DNA from: Candidatus Scatovivens sp.
GTDB lineage: Bacteria; Bacillota; Clostridia; TANB77; CAG-508
DNA: 64,000 nt
Reading direction: 5' to 3'
NCBI GenBank assembly: GCA_045646345.1
Contig: JAZRKN010000009.1
Location: 19,599-83,598 of the forward strand
Shown here: positions 56,433-64,000 of the stretch, piece after piece
Position numbering within the stretch: position 1 is the stretch's first letter
Layout: every line of letters starts with the position of its first letter
The notes under the pieces: model-generated
Databases searched by the model: none
Told to the model about the DNA's origin: nothing
Seen by the model: the letters and a program-made list of their open reading frames with translations, nothing else
Translations under genes and position numbers: made by a program

Positions 56433-59237
56433 ATGAGTAAAGATAAAAACGAAACAAAAAAAGTAAAAACAACAGCTAGAAAAAAACAAGTAAAAAGTAA
56501 AACAACTGACTCAAAATCAAAAAAATCAAAATTCAAAGATAAACATCCGAAAGCAGCAAAAGCAATTAAAATTTCAATAATTGCTATAATATTAATTGGT
56601 ATTATAGGAGCGGGAGTTTTAGTAGGAGCTTTTGTGGGAATTTTTGGTGATGAATTAAAAATAGATGAATCAATGCTTAAAGTAGGGTCTGAAAATTCAA
56701 CTGTATATGATGCAGATGGGAATTTAATTGCTACTTTAAGTGGAGGTACAAAAAGAAAAAGTATACCTCTTTCAGAAATGAATGAGTATTTGCCAAAAGC
56801 ATATGTTGCAATAGAAGACGAAAGATTCTATGAACATAGCGGTGTTGATATTGGAAGAACTGTATATGCTACTGCTACTTATGTTTTAAATGGAGGTAAC
56901 TCTAAATTTGGTGGTAGTACAATAACACAACAAGTAATAAAAAATATAACACAAGATAAAGAAAGATCATCTTTAGCTGGAGTTGTGAGAAAAGTAAAAG
57001 AAATATCTAAAGCTATTCAAGTAGAACACTATTTATCAAAAGATCAAATATTAGAATTATATTTGAATTTAATATTTGTTGGTGGAGACGATATTAATGG
57101 TGTTGAACTTGGTTCTATATATTATTTTAATAAATCAGCAAAAGATTTAACTATTGAAGAATGTGCTTACTTGGCTGGTATAAATCACTCTCCAAATGCT
57201 TATAAACCATTTTCGGATTTTTCTAACAAAGAAGATCCAGCTAAAGCAAAAGAAGAGATGAACGAAAAAATTAAATTTAGAACAAAAACAGTTTTAGCAA
57301 AAATGTTAGAAGTAGGTTACATTACAGAAGAACAACACAAAGCAGCTGTTAGTGAAGTTGATAAAGGTTTAAAATTCGAAAAAGGTGAGAGCGCAGATGC
57401 AACTGTAGATGTTTCTTATTTAGCAGGTGCGGCAATAGAACAACTTTTAGATAGAATTGTAGCCGAAGGTAATGAAGATATGGATAGAGATGCTGCTGAA
57501 ATGATTTTATACAGCAGTGGATTAAAAATATATACAACACAAAAAACTGATATTCAAAATGTATTAGAAGAAGAAATTGTTAAAGATAAATATATAACAA
57601 CTTCAAAATATAAAGAAGTTGTTAGGGATGAAAACGGAGAAATAGTAAAAGACGAAAAAGGAAATCCTAAAAAAGAAGATGTTATCCAATATTCTACTCC
57701 AACTATGGTAATTATGAATCATGAAACTGGAGAAGTTGTAGCAGCAGCTACAGCAACTGGAGATAAAACAACAAGAACTGCAAAAACAAAATTAGGATTT
57801 TTCAATTACCCAATAGATGTAAAAAAACAAACAGGTTCTTCAATGAAACCTCTTTCAGTAATAGTACCAGGATTATCAACAGGAACAATTACTGGAGCGA
57901 CAGTTTATATTGATCAACCAACAACTTGGGGAAACGGACCAAAACCATATAGTCCAAAAAACTATGATGGATTTGAAAAAAGATTTTTTGTAAATATGCG
58001 TCAAGCCATTGAAGTATCAGCGAATGTTCCGCATGTTAAAGCTTTATCAAATATTGGAACAGAAGCGGCGGTTGATTTCTGCGAAAGTATAGGAATGCCT
58101 AGATTTGAAGCTGAAGGTTTAAGTTTAGCTTTAGGTGGACTTCAAGATGGTGTATCACCAACACAAATGACTGCAGGATATGCGTCTATAGCAAGTGGTG
58201 GTATGTATAGAACACCAATTTTCTATACAAAAGTAACTGATAGCAAAGGTAATATTTTATATGAACCTGAAAAAACAGAAAATAGAGTTATGACAGAGCA
58301 AGTTGCATATATAACAAAAGATATCTTAAAACAACCAGTTATAAGTGGAACTGCAACTTATTGTAAGATAGCAGGAATGGATGTATCAGCAAAAACAGGT
58401 ACAACAAATGACGATAATGATAGATGGCTTTGTGGATTTACACCATATTATACAGCAGCAGTTTGGTATGGATATCCTGTTGCAAAAACAGTTCGTTATT
58501 CAGGAACAAACCCAGCAGGACAAATATGGGATAATGTTATGACTGCAATTCATAAAGAATTAGAAAATAAAACATTTGAACAACCTGAAGGAATTATAAA
58601 GAAAACAGTATGTAGAATTTCGGGAAAATTAGCAACACCAGCTTGTGGAGCTAATGTATATGCTGAATTATTTACAGAGGAATTAGCACCAAAAACAGCT
58701 TGCGAAGGGCATGGTCAAATTAGAGTATGTAATGATTCTAAACAAATGGCAACAAGTCAATGCCCAAGTGTTTTAGATGCAATGGGATATATTCCAGAAA
58801 AAGAAAGAGGAGCGGTTTGGAAAACAGAAAATGCAGTAACATCAGATATTACTGGAACATGTCCATTACATCCAGAACCAGCAGCACCTGTCGCACCACC
58901 TCCAACAACTAATACAACTACAGATAAAGATAAAGACAAAGATAAAAACCAAAATCAAGGAACAGATCCAAAACCAGGTGAAGGAACAACTCCAAAACCA
59001 GGTGAAGGAACAGATCCAAAACCAGGAGAAGGAACGACTCCAAAACCAGGTGAGGGAACAGAACCAAAACCAGGTGAAGGAACAACTCCAAAACCAGGAG
59101 AGGGAACAACTCCAAATCCGGGAGAAGGAACAACTCCAAATCCTGGAACTGGAAGCGGTGGAGGAACTACTCCTGCACCAGGTACTGGTTCAGGAGAAAA
59201 TCCTGGAACAACGGACCCACAAGCAACTGCAAGTTAA
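56433..59237 (+). CDS. Class A penicillin-binding protein (PBP1A: glycosyltransferase + transpeptidase) with repetitive C-terminal tail
   Basis: Basic N-terminus and TM; GT51 motifs (EDERFYEHSGVD, GGSTITQQ); transpeptidase SxxK-like GSSMKP, KTGTT; C-terminal PKPGEGTT repeats. Confidence 0.85.
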   Translation: MSKDKNETKKVKTTARKKQVKSKTTDSKSKKSKFKDKHPKAAKAIKISIIAIILIGIIGAGVLVGAFVGIFGDELKIDESMLKVGSENSTVYDADGNLIATLSGGTKRKSIPLSEMNEYLPKAYVAIEDERFYEHSGVDIGRTVYATATYVLNGGNSKFGGSTITQQVIKNITQDKERSSLAGVVRKVKEISKAIQVEHYLSKDQILELYLNLIFVGGDDINGVELGSIYYFNKSAKDLTIEECAYLAGINHSPNAYKPFSDFSNKEDPAKAKEEMNEKIKFRTKTVLAKMLEVGYITEEQHKAAVSEVDKGLKFEKGESADATVDVSYLAGAAIEQLLDRIVAEGNEDMDRDAAEMILYSSGLKIYTTQKTDIQNVLEEEIVKDKYITTSKYKEVVRDENGEIVKDEKGNPKKEDVIQYSTPTMVIMNHETGEVVAAATATGDKTTRTAKTKLGFFNYPIDVKKQTGSSMKPLSVIVPGLSTGTITGATVYIDQPTTWGNGPKPYSPKNYDGFEKRFFVNMRQAIEVSANVPHVKALSNIGTEAAVDFCESIGMPRFEAEGLSLALGGLQDGVSPTQMTAGYASIASGGMYRTPIFYTKVTDSKGNILYEPEKTENRVMTEQVAYITKDILKQPVISGTATYCKIAGMDVSAKTGTTNDDNDRWLCGFTPYYTAAVWYGYPVAKTVRYSGTNPAGQIWDNVMTAIHKELENKTFEQPEGIIKKTVCRISGKLATPACGANVYAELFTEELAPKTACEGHGQIRVCNDSKQMATSQCPSVLDAMGYIPEKERGAVWKTENAVTSDITGTCPLHPEPAAPVAPPPTTNTTTDKDKDKDKNQNQGTDPKPGEGTTPKPGEGTDPKPGEGTTPKPGEGTEPKPGEGTTPKPGEGTTPNPGEGTTPNPGTGSGGGTTPAPGTGSGENPGTTDPQATAS
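58956..59150 (+). repeat. Coding tandem repeat (24-nt unit, about 8 copies) encoding (D/T)PKPGEGT
   Basis: ccaaaaccaggtgaaggaacaactc-like units repeated head to tail within the PBP 3' end. Confidence 0.8.
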
Positions 59238-59279
59238 TAATTCTTTTTAAGAATTGAAAATGGTAGTTAAATAAAAATA

Positions 59280-59306
59280 GAGCGGATTCAAAAATCCGCT
59301 CAAGTA
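59280..59306 (+). terminator. Weak terminator hairpin after the PBP gene
   Basis: gagcggatt / aatccgctc stem; downstream T-run is weak. Confidence 0.4.
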
Positions 59307-59332
59307 TTATTATAAAAGTAAAGGAGAAAAAC

Positions 59333-60718
59333 ATGAGTATGAAGATTTTTAATACACTTACGAGAAAAAAAGAAGAGTTTAAACCACTAAATGAAAAAGA
59401 GATAAGAATGTATTCATGTGGTCCTACTGTTTACTATTTTGCTCATATAGGAAATTTAAGAGCATACTTATTTATGGATAATTTAAGAAGAGTTTTAAAA
59501 TATAATGGTTATAATTTAAAACATGTTATGAATATCACTGACGTTGGGCATTTAGTATCTGATGCTGACGAAGGTGAAGATAAAATGATGAAAGCAGCTA
59601 AAAGAGAAAATAAAAATCCGTTTGAAATAGCAGAATTTTATATGAATGCTTTTTTAGCAGATATTGATAAATTAAATGTAGACAGACCAGAGATTATTGC
59701 TAGAGCGACAGAACATATTGATGTTATGGAAGAATATGTTAAAAAGATAATTGAAAATGGATTTTCTTATCAAACAGAAGATACAGTATATTTTGATACA
59801 TCAAAATTAGATAAATATGGTGTATTATCTAATAGAAATGTTGATGAACAAAAAGCTGGTGCAAGAGTTGAATTTGACCAAAATAAAAAGAATATTTCAG
59901 ATTTTGCGATTTGGATAAAAGCACCTGAAAACCATATAATGAAATGGGATTCATTCTTTGGAAAATCTTATCCAGGATGGCACTTAGAATGCTCTGCAAT
60001 GGGATATAAATATTTAGGTGAACAATTTGATATTCACACAGGTGGAGTTGATCATATTCCAATTCACCATGAAAATGAAATTGCTCAAAGTAAAGGTTTT
60101 TCAGGAAAACTTCCAGCAAATTATTGGATGCATGTAGAATTTTTACAAATTAATGGTGGAAAAATGTCAAAAAGTTTAAATAATCTTTATACTTTAAAAG
60201 ATTTAGAAGAAAAAGGATATGAACCATTAGTTTATAGAATGTTCAATTATACATCAAACTATAGAGCTCAAATTAACTTCACATTTGAAGCTATGGATGC
60301 AGCAAAAGTTGCATTAAATAGATTAAGAGAAGGATATTTAAAACATTTAGAAGGAAATGAAGATGTTTCAGATGAATTAATTAAAGATTATGAAGAAAAA
60401 TTCTTAGATGCGATTAATGATGATTTAAATATGCCTGTTGCAATGAGTGTTGTGTGGGATGTAGTAAAAAATCCAAATAAATCTAAAAAATTACAAAATT
60501 TATTGTTAAAATTTGATGAAGTATTAGGATTAGATTTAAAAAATTATAAAAAACAAGAGAATGTTTTACCAGAAGAAATTACTGATTTAGTTAATCAAAG
60601 AAATGAAGCAAGAGCTAATAAGAATTGGGCTGAGTCAGATAGATTAAGAGATCTTTTAATTGAAAAAGGATATATAGTAAAAGATAGTAAAGAAGGAACA
60701 ATTGTAGAAAAACAATAG
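59333..60718 (+). CDS. cysS: Cysteine--tRNA ligase
   Basis: Class I HIGN (FAHIGN) and KMSKS motifs; Zn-binding Cys. Confidence 0.95.
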   Translation: MSMKIFNTLTRKKEEFKPLNEKEIRMYSCGPTVYYFAHIGNLRAYLFMDNLRRVLKYNGYNLKHVMNITDVGHLVSDADEGEDKMMKAAKRENKNPFEIAEFYMNAFLADIDKLNVDRPEIIARATEHIDVMEEYVKKIIENGFSYQTEDTVYFDTSKLDKYGVLSNRNVDEQKAGARVEFDQNKKNISDFAIWIKAPENHIMKWDSFFGKSYPGWHLECSAMGYKYLGEQFDIHTGGVDHIPIHHENEIAQSKGFSGKLPANYWMHVEFLQINGGKMSKSLNNLYTLKDLEEKGYEPLVYRMFNYTSNYRAQINFTFEAMDAAKVALNRLREGYLKHLEGNEDVSDELIKDYEEKFLDAINDDLNMPVAMSVVWDVVKNPNKSKKLQNLLLKFDEVLGLDLKNYKKQENVLPEEITDLVNQRNEARANKNWAESDRLRDLLIEKGYIVKDSKEGTIVEKQ

Positions 60719-60745
60719 ATAAAATTATTTTGGAGGATTAAAGTT

Positions 60746-61804
60746 TTGAGACTATTAGAAGAAAAAGATAAACAAGAATATAAGAAATTTTTGGAATCTC
60801 ATGATAGATGTAATTTCCAACAATCTCTTGAATGGGGTGAAGTAAAAACTAGTTGGAAAAAAGAAGTTATTTTATCAGAAGATAAAGATGGAAATATAAG
60901 AGGAAGTCTTTGTGTATGGATTAGAAAAATTCCTATATTTGGAAACATTATGTACTCTGCAAGAGGACCTGTATGTGATCTTTATAATGAAGAAATAATT
61001 AAAGATTTAAGAGATGGAGCAGATGCTTTAGCAAAAAAATATAAAGCTTTTGTTTTAAGAGTTGAACCTGATATTTTAAAATCAGATGAAGAGTTTAGAA
61101 AAATTATTACAAAACACGGTTTTAAAATAAAAGATGATAGTAAGGATTTTAAAGATGAAATTCAACCAAGATTCGTGTTTAGATTAAACTTAAAAGGAAA
61201 AACAGAAGAGCAAATTTTTGCAGAACTACATCCAAAAACAAGATACAATGTTCGTTTAGCAACTAAAAAAGGAGTTGTTATAAAAGAAGGAACAAGAGAA
61301 GATTTAAAAGATTTTCATAAAATAATGATCGAAACTGGTGAAAGAGATAATTTTATTATTAGATCATTAGAATATTTTGAAAAAATGTATGATGAAATGG
61401 CTCCAAATCATATGAAACTTTTAATGGCATATCATGAAGATAAACCTATTTCTGGAATTATTCCAATCATGTATGGAAATAAAGTTTGGTACTTGTATGG
61501 AGCAAGTAGTAATAGTCACAGAAATTTAATGCCAAACTATTTATTACAATGGACAATGATTCAAGAAGCTATAAAAAAAGGTGCAGATATGTATGACTTT
61601 AGAGGGGTTTCTGGAGTTGTTGATGAATCTCATCCTCAATATGGTCTTTATAGATTCAAAAAAGGATTTAACGCTGAATTTACGGAATTTATTGGAGAGA
61701 TATATGTTCCTTATAAGCCATTAGTTTATAAAATGTATAAATTCTCAGAAAAAGCTTTTAGAACATTAAGAACATTAAAGAAAAAATTAACTACTAAAAA
61801 ATAA
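60746..61804 (+). CDS. FemAB-family aminoacyl-tRNA-dependent peptidoglycan branch transferase (FemX-like)
   Basis: 352 aa, no coiled-coil insertion (FemX-type); conserved FemABX N-region (FQQSLEWGEVK...YSARGPV) and C-region (WYLYGASS...GLYRFKKGF); TTG start. Confidence 0.7.
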   Translation: MRLLEEKDKQEYKKFLESHDRCNFQQSLEWGEVKTSWKKEVILSEDKDGNIRGSLCVWIRKIPIFGNIMYSARGPVCDLYNEEIIKDLRDGADALAKKYKAFVLRVEPDILKSDEEFRKIITKHGFKIKDDSKDFKDEIQPRFVFRLNLKGKTEEQIFAELHPKTRYNVRLATKKGVVIKEGTREDLKDFHKIMIETGERDNFIIRSLEYFEKMYDEMAPNHMKLLMAYHEDKPISGIIPIMYGNKVWYLYGASSNSHRNLMPNYLLQWTMIQEAIKKGADMYDFRGVSGVVDESHPQYGLYRFKKGFNAEFTEFIGEIYVPYKPLVYKMYKFSEKAFRTLRTLKKKLTTKK

Positions 61805-61847
61805 GAATAAAAATAATAAATGTAATAATTTATGGAAAAGGTATTTT

Positions 61848-62948
61848 ATGAAAGTAGTAGAAATAGATAAAAATAATTTTAAAAATAATATTGAAGTAAT
61901 TAAGAAAATAACTCAAGAAAGTCCAAATACAAAAATTTATGCGGTTGTTAAAGGGAATGGTGGAGGACTTGATATAGTTAAGTATTCTAAATTTTTAATA
62001 GAAAATGGTATAACATCTTTGGCTGTTGCAACATATGAAGAATGTTTAAAATTAAGAAATGCAGAAATAAAAGAAGAGATATTAATGCTTTCTCCAGTTT
62101 CTATTGAAGAAGAAATGAGACAACTTGTAGAAAAAGATATAATTCTTACAATTGGAGATTATGAAGAACTTGAATTATTGAAAAAAGTATCAAAAGATTT
62201 AAATGTCGAAAAATGTAAAGCTCATTTAAAAATTGATACAGGATTTGGAAGATATGGAATTTTATATTCTAATATTGAAGAAATTATAAAAGTTTTAGAA
62301 AATGCTGAGAATATAGAAATTGAAGGAATGTTCTCTCATTTTAGTAAAGCAATAGATGAAAAAATGACTAAAGTTCAATTTGAAAGATTTATAAACGTTG
62401 TAAAAGCGGTCGAAGAGAAAAATTTAAGACCTAAAATTTTACACATATCATCATCAACTGCATTTTTGAAATATCCAGAAATGAGATTAGATGCAGTTAG
62501 AATAGGTTCACTATTCCAAGGTAGATCACTTGTAAAAAATATTGGATTAACACCAGTAGGAGTTTTAAAATCTAGAATTACTGAAATAAAAACTGTTCCA
62601 AAAGGATATACTATTAGCTATGGAAATACTTATATAACAAAACGAGAAACAAAATTAGCTACTATTCCAATCGGACATATGGATGGTTTAAATAAATTAC
62701 CAGTTAGAGAAGATTTTTCTTTAAGAAATAATATAATTGCTATATTGATGGAAATAAAAAAATTATTTAAAGATAATAGTTTTAAAGTAAAAATAAATAA
62801 CAAGGAATATAAAATACTTGGTAGAATTGGGTTATGTCATGTTACAGTTGATATAACAGGTAGTGATGACATAAAAACAGGAGACGAAGTAATTCTAAAT
62901 GTACATCCAATGAATGTTAATGAAGAAATTAGAAGGGAGTATGTATAG
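61848..62948 (+). CDS. Alanine racemase-family PLP enzyme with atypical active-site motif
   Basis: Ala_racemase_N/C fold (about 366 aa); PLP-lysine motif is AVVKGNGGGLD rather than the canonical AVVKANAYGHG; C-terminal ...VTVDITG...GDEVIL. Confidence 0.65.
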   Translation: MKVVEIDKNNFKNNIEVIKKITQESPNTKIYAVVKGNGGGLDIVKYSKFLIENGITSLAVATYEECLKLRNAEIKEEILMLSPVSIEEEMRQLVEKDIILTIGDYEELELLKKVSKDLNVEKCKAHLKIDTGFGRYGILYSNIEEIIKVLENAENIEIEGMFSHFSKAIDEKMTKVQFERFINVVKAVEEKNLRPKILHISSSTAFLKYPEMRLDAVRIGSLFQGRSLVKNIGLTPVGVLKSRITEIKTVPKGYTISYGNTYITKRETKLATIPIGHMDGLNKLPVREDFSLRNNIIAILMEIKKLFKDNSFKVKINNKEYKILGRIGLCHVTVDITGSDDIKTGDEVILNVHPMNVNEEIRREYV

Positions 62949-64000
62949 TGGAAGCAAAAGATGAAAAACGAATTAATTTTTTTCAAAGAATAAAAAAATC
63001 AATATTTGAATTAGAGGACTATGGATTTTTCTTGGGAGAAAAACTATCAGTAGCATTTAAATATTTATTTTTATTAACATTGTTAATATCTCTTCTAGTA
63101 ACTGGTTCGATATCATTTATGATGTCAAAAATATTAAATAAAGGATTGAATTATTTAGAAAATGAATTTCCTGAATTTTCTTTCTCAAATGGAGTTTTAG
63201 ATGTAACTAGATATGAAGAAGGTTATGATTCAGAGTTTGATTTTAAAATAATAGTAGATACAAAATCTGAAGTAAATGAAGAGAATATAAAAAAATATAA
63301 AAATAAATTATACCAAGCTTCAAATGGTGTGATTTTATTAAAAGATAAATTTATAGTTTCATTTCAAGGTTCAGAGCTTGAAAACTCTTATACAAGTATA
63401 ATTACATCAAATAATGAGGTTGAAAATATAAGTTTAGAAGAACTAAGTATTACAAGTAAGCAAGATGTTATTGCAGAAATAAACAATTTGGGAATTACTA
63501 GAATTGTATTATCATATGCAGCACTTATTTTTGTGGCTTTAGTTTTTGCTAACTTAATGTTTGTATTAAGTGATGTATTTGTTTTAACATTATTAGGATT
63601 AATATCTGCCAAAATATGTGGAGTTAATTTTAAAATGGATCCTATGATGACATTGTCTATTTATGCATTAACATTACCGTTATTGATTGATGCTATATTA
63701 GATATTGTGCTTCTTACAACAGGATTTAGTGTTCCATATTTTGAAGCAATTCGTATGTTAATTGCATATATTTATGTTATTGCAGCAATTTTTATGATAA
63801 AGTATGATTTGATAAAACAAAGAGAAGAATTACAAAAAATAATTGAGGTGCAAAAGCAAGTAAAAGAAGAAATAAAAGAAGAAAAAACAGACGAATTAAA
63901 AGAAGATGCTGAAAAAGAAAATGAAGAAGACAATAAAGAAGATAAAAATGATACTAGTGAAGAAAATCCAGCAGAAAAAGAAAATCGTGAGCCAGATGGT
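62948..64000 (+). CDS. Polytopic membrane protein with acidic/lysine-rich C-terminal tail (DUF1189-like), 3' partial
   Basis: Open frame from the GTG overlapping the racemase stop through the window end; multiple TM helices; K/E-rich low-complexity end. Confidence 0.4.
   Translation, partial: MEAKDEKRINFFQRIKKSIFELEDYGFFLGEKLSVAFKYLFLLTLLISLLVTGSISFMMSKILNKGLNYLENEFPEFSFSNGVLDVTRYEEGYDSEFDFKIIVDTKSEVNEENIKKYKNKLYQASNGVILLKDKFIVSFQGSELENSYTSIITSNNEVENISLEELSITSKQDVIAEINNLGITRIVLSYAALIFVALVFANLMFVLSDVFVLTLLGLISAKICGVNFKMDPMMTLSIYALTLPLLIDAILDIVLLTTGFSVPYFEAIRMLIAYIYVIAAIFMIKYDLIKQREELQKIIEVQKQVKEEIKEEKTDELKEDAEKENEEDNKEDKNDTSEENPAEKENREPDG

Noticed and set aside
58956-59150. CRISPR-like array
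   Set aside because: The repeats are contiguous 24-nt units without spacers, lie inside a protein-coding frame and encode a peptide repeat. No cas genes are present in the window.
58757-59250. Overlapping ORFs in three frames across the PBP 3' end (58757-58939 -, 58918-59139 -, 58978-59250 +)
   Set aside because: Artefacts of the 24-nt tandem coding repeat, which keeps alternative frames open. The PBP frame is the only one contiguous with conserved domains.
59238-59332. T-box or other leader riboswitch upstream of cysS
   Set aside because: The intergenic region is only about 95 nt and is mostly occupied by the PBP terminator hairpin and the RBS. That is too short for a T-box, which needs about 200-300 nt with specifier and antiterminator elements.

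Overview
This is an AT-rich (roughly 28% GC) chromosomal segment from a spore-forming Firmicute, most likely class Clostridia. Its backbone is conserved housekeeping operons. These are mtaB, the glycolytic operon gap-pgk-tpiA-gpmI, the complete spoIIIAA-AH sporulation operon, an iron-containing alcohol dehydrogenase, greA, pyrH-frr-uppS-cdsA-rseP-(small gene)-polC, folD, a class A PBP, cysS, a FemAB-family transferase and an Alr-family racemase. Between mtaB and gap lies an accessory block of about 15.5 kb. It holds two SipW-type (archaeal/ER-type) signal peptidases, at least three small secreted proteins with TasA/CalY-like SipW-cognate signal peptides, an acidic single-pass membrane protein, a 1701-aa secreted giant protein and a 1685-aa alpha-2-macroglobulin-family thioester protein. 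The thioester protein has a CFEQ thioester site and a DNITTW motif, and carries a block of about eight transmembrane helices at the position where the bait region normally sits. I consider this SipW/cargo/giant-protein/membrane-embedded A2M region the best candidate for an undescribed system. A second accessory locus lies downstream of polC. It contains a DUF1294 membrane protein, a single-module NRPS with C-A-T-R architecture (terminal reductase, so a predicted N-acyl amino aldehyde type product), a sensor histidine kinase interrupted by one in-frame TGA exactly between the DHp and ATPase domains, and a REC + HD-GYP response regulator. Other notable items are an orphan DUF600/YezG-type immunity protein fused onto the end of the glycolytic operon, the absence of dxr/ispG in the otherwise conserved cdsA-rseP-polC neighbourhood, a sortase with an LPEVG/SH3b substrate, a dpaA-like gene without dpaB, and a FemX-like gene paired with an atypical racemase. 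I saw no rRNA, tRNA, CRISPR array, transposase or integrase.
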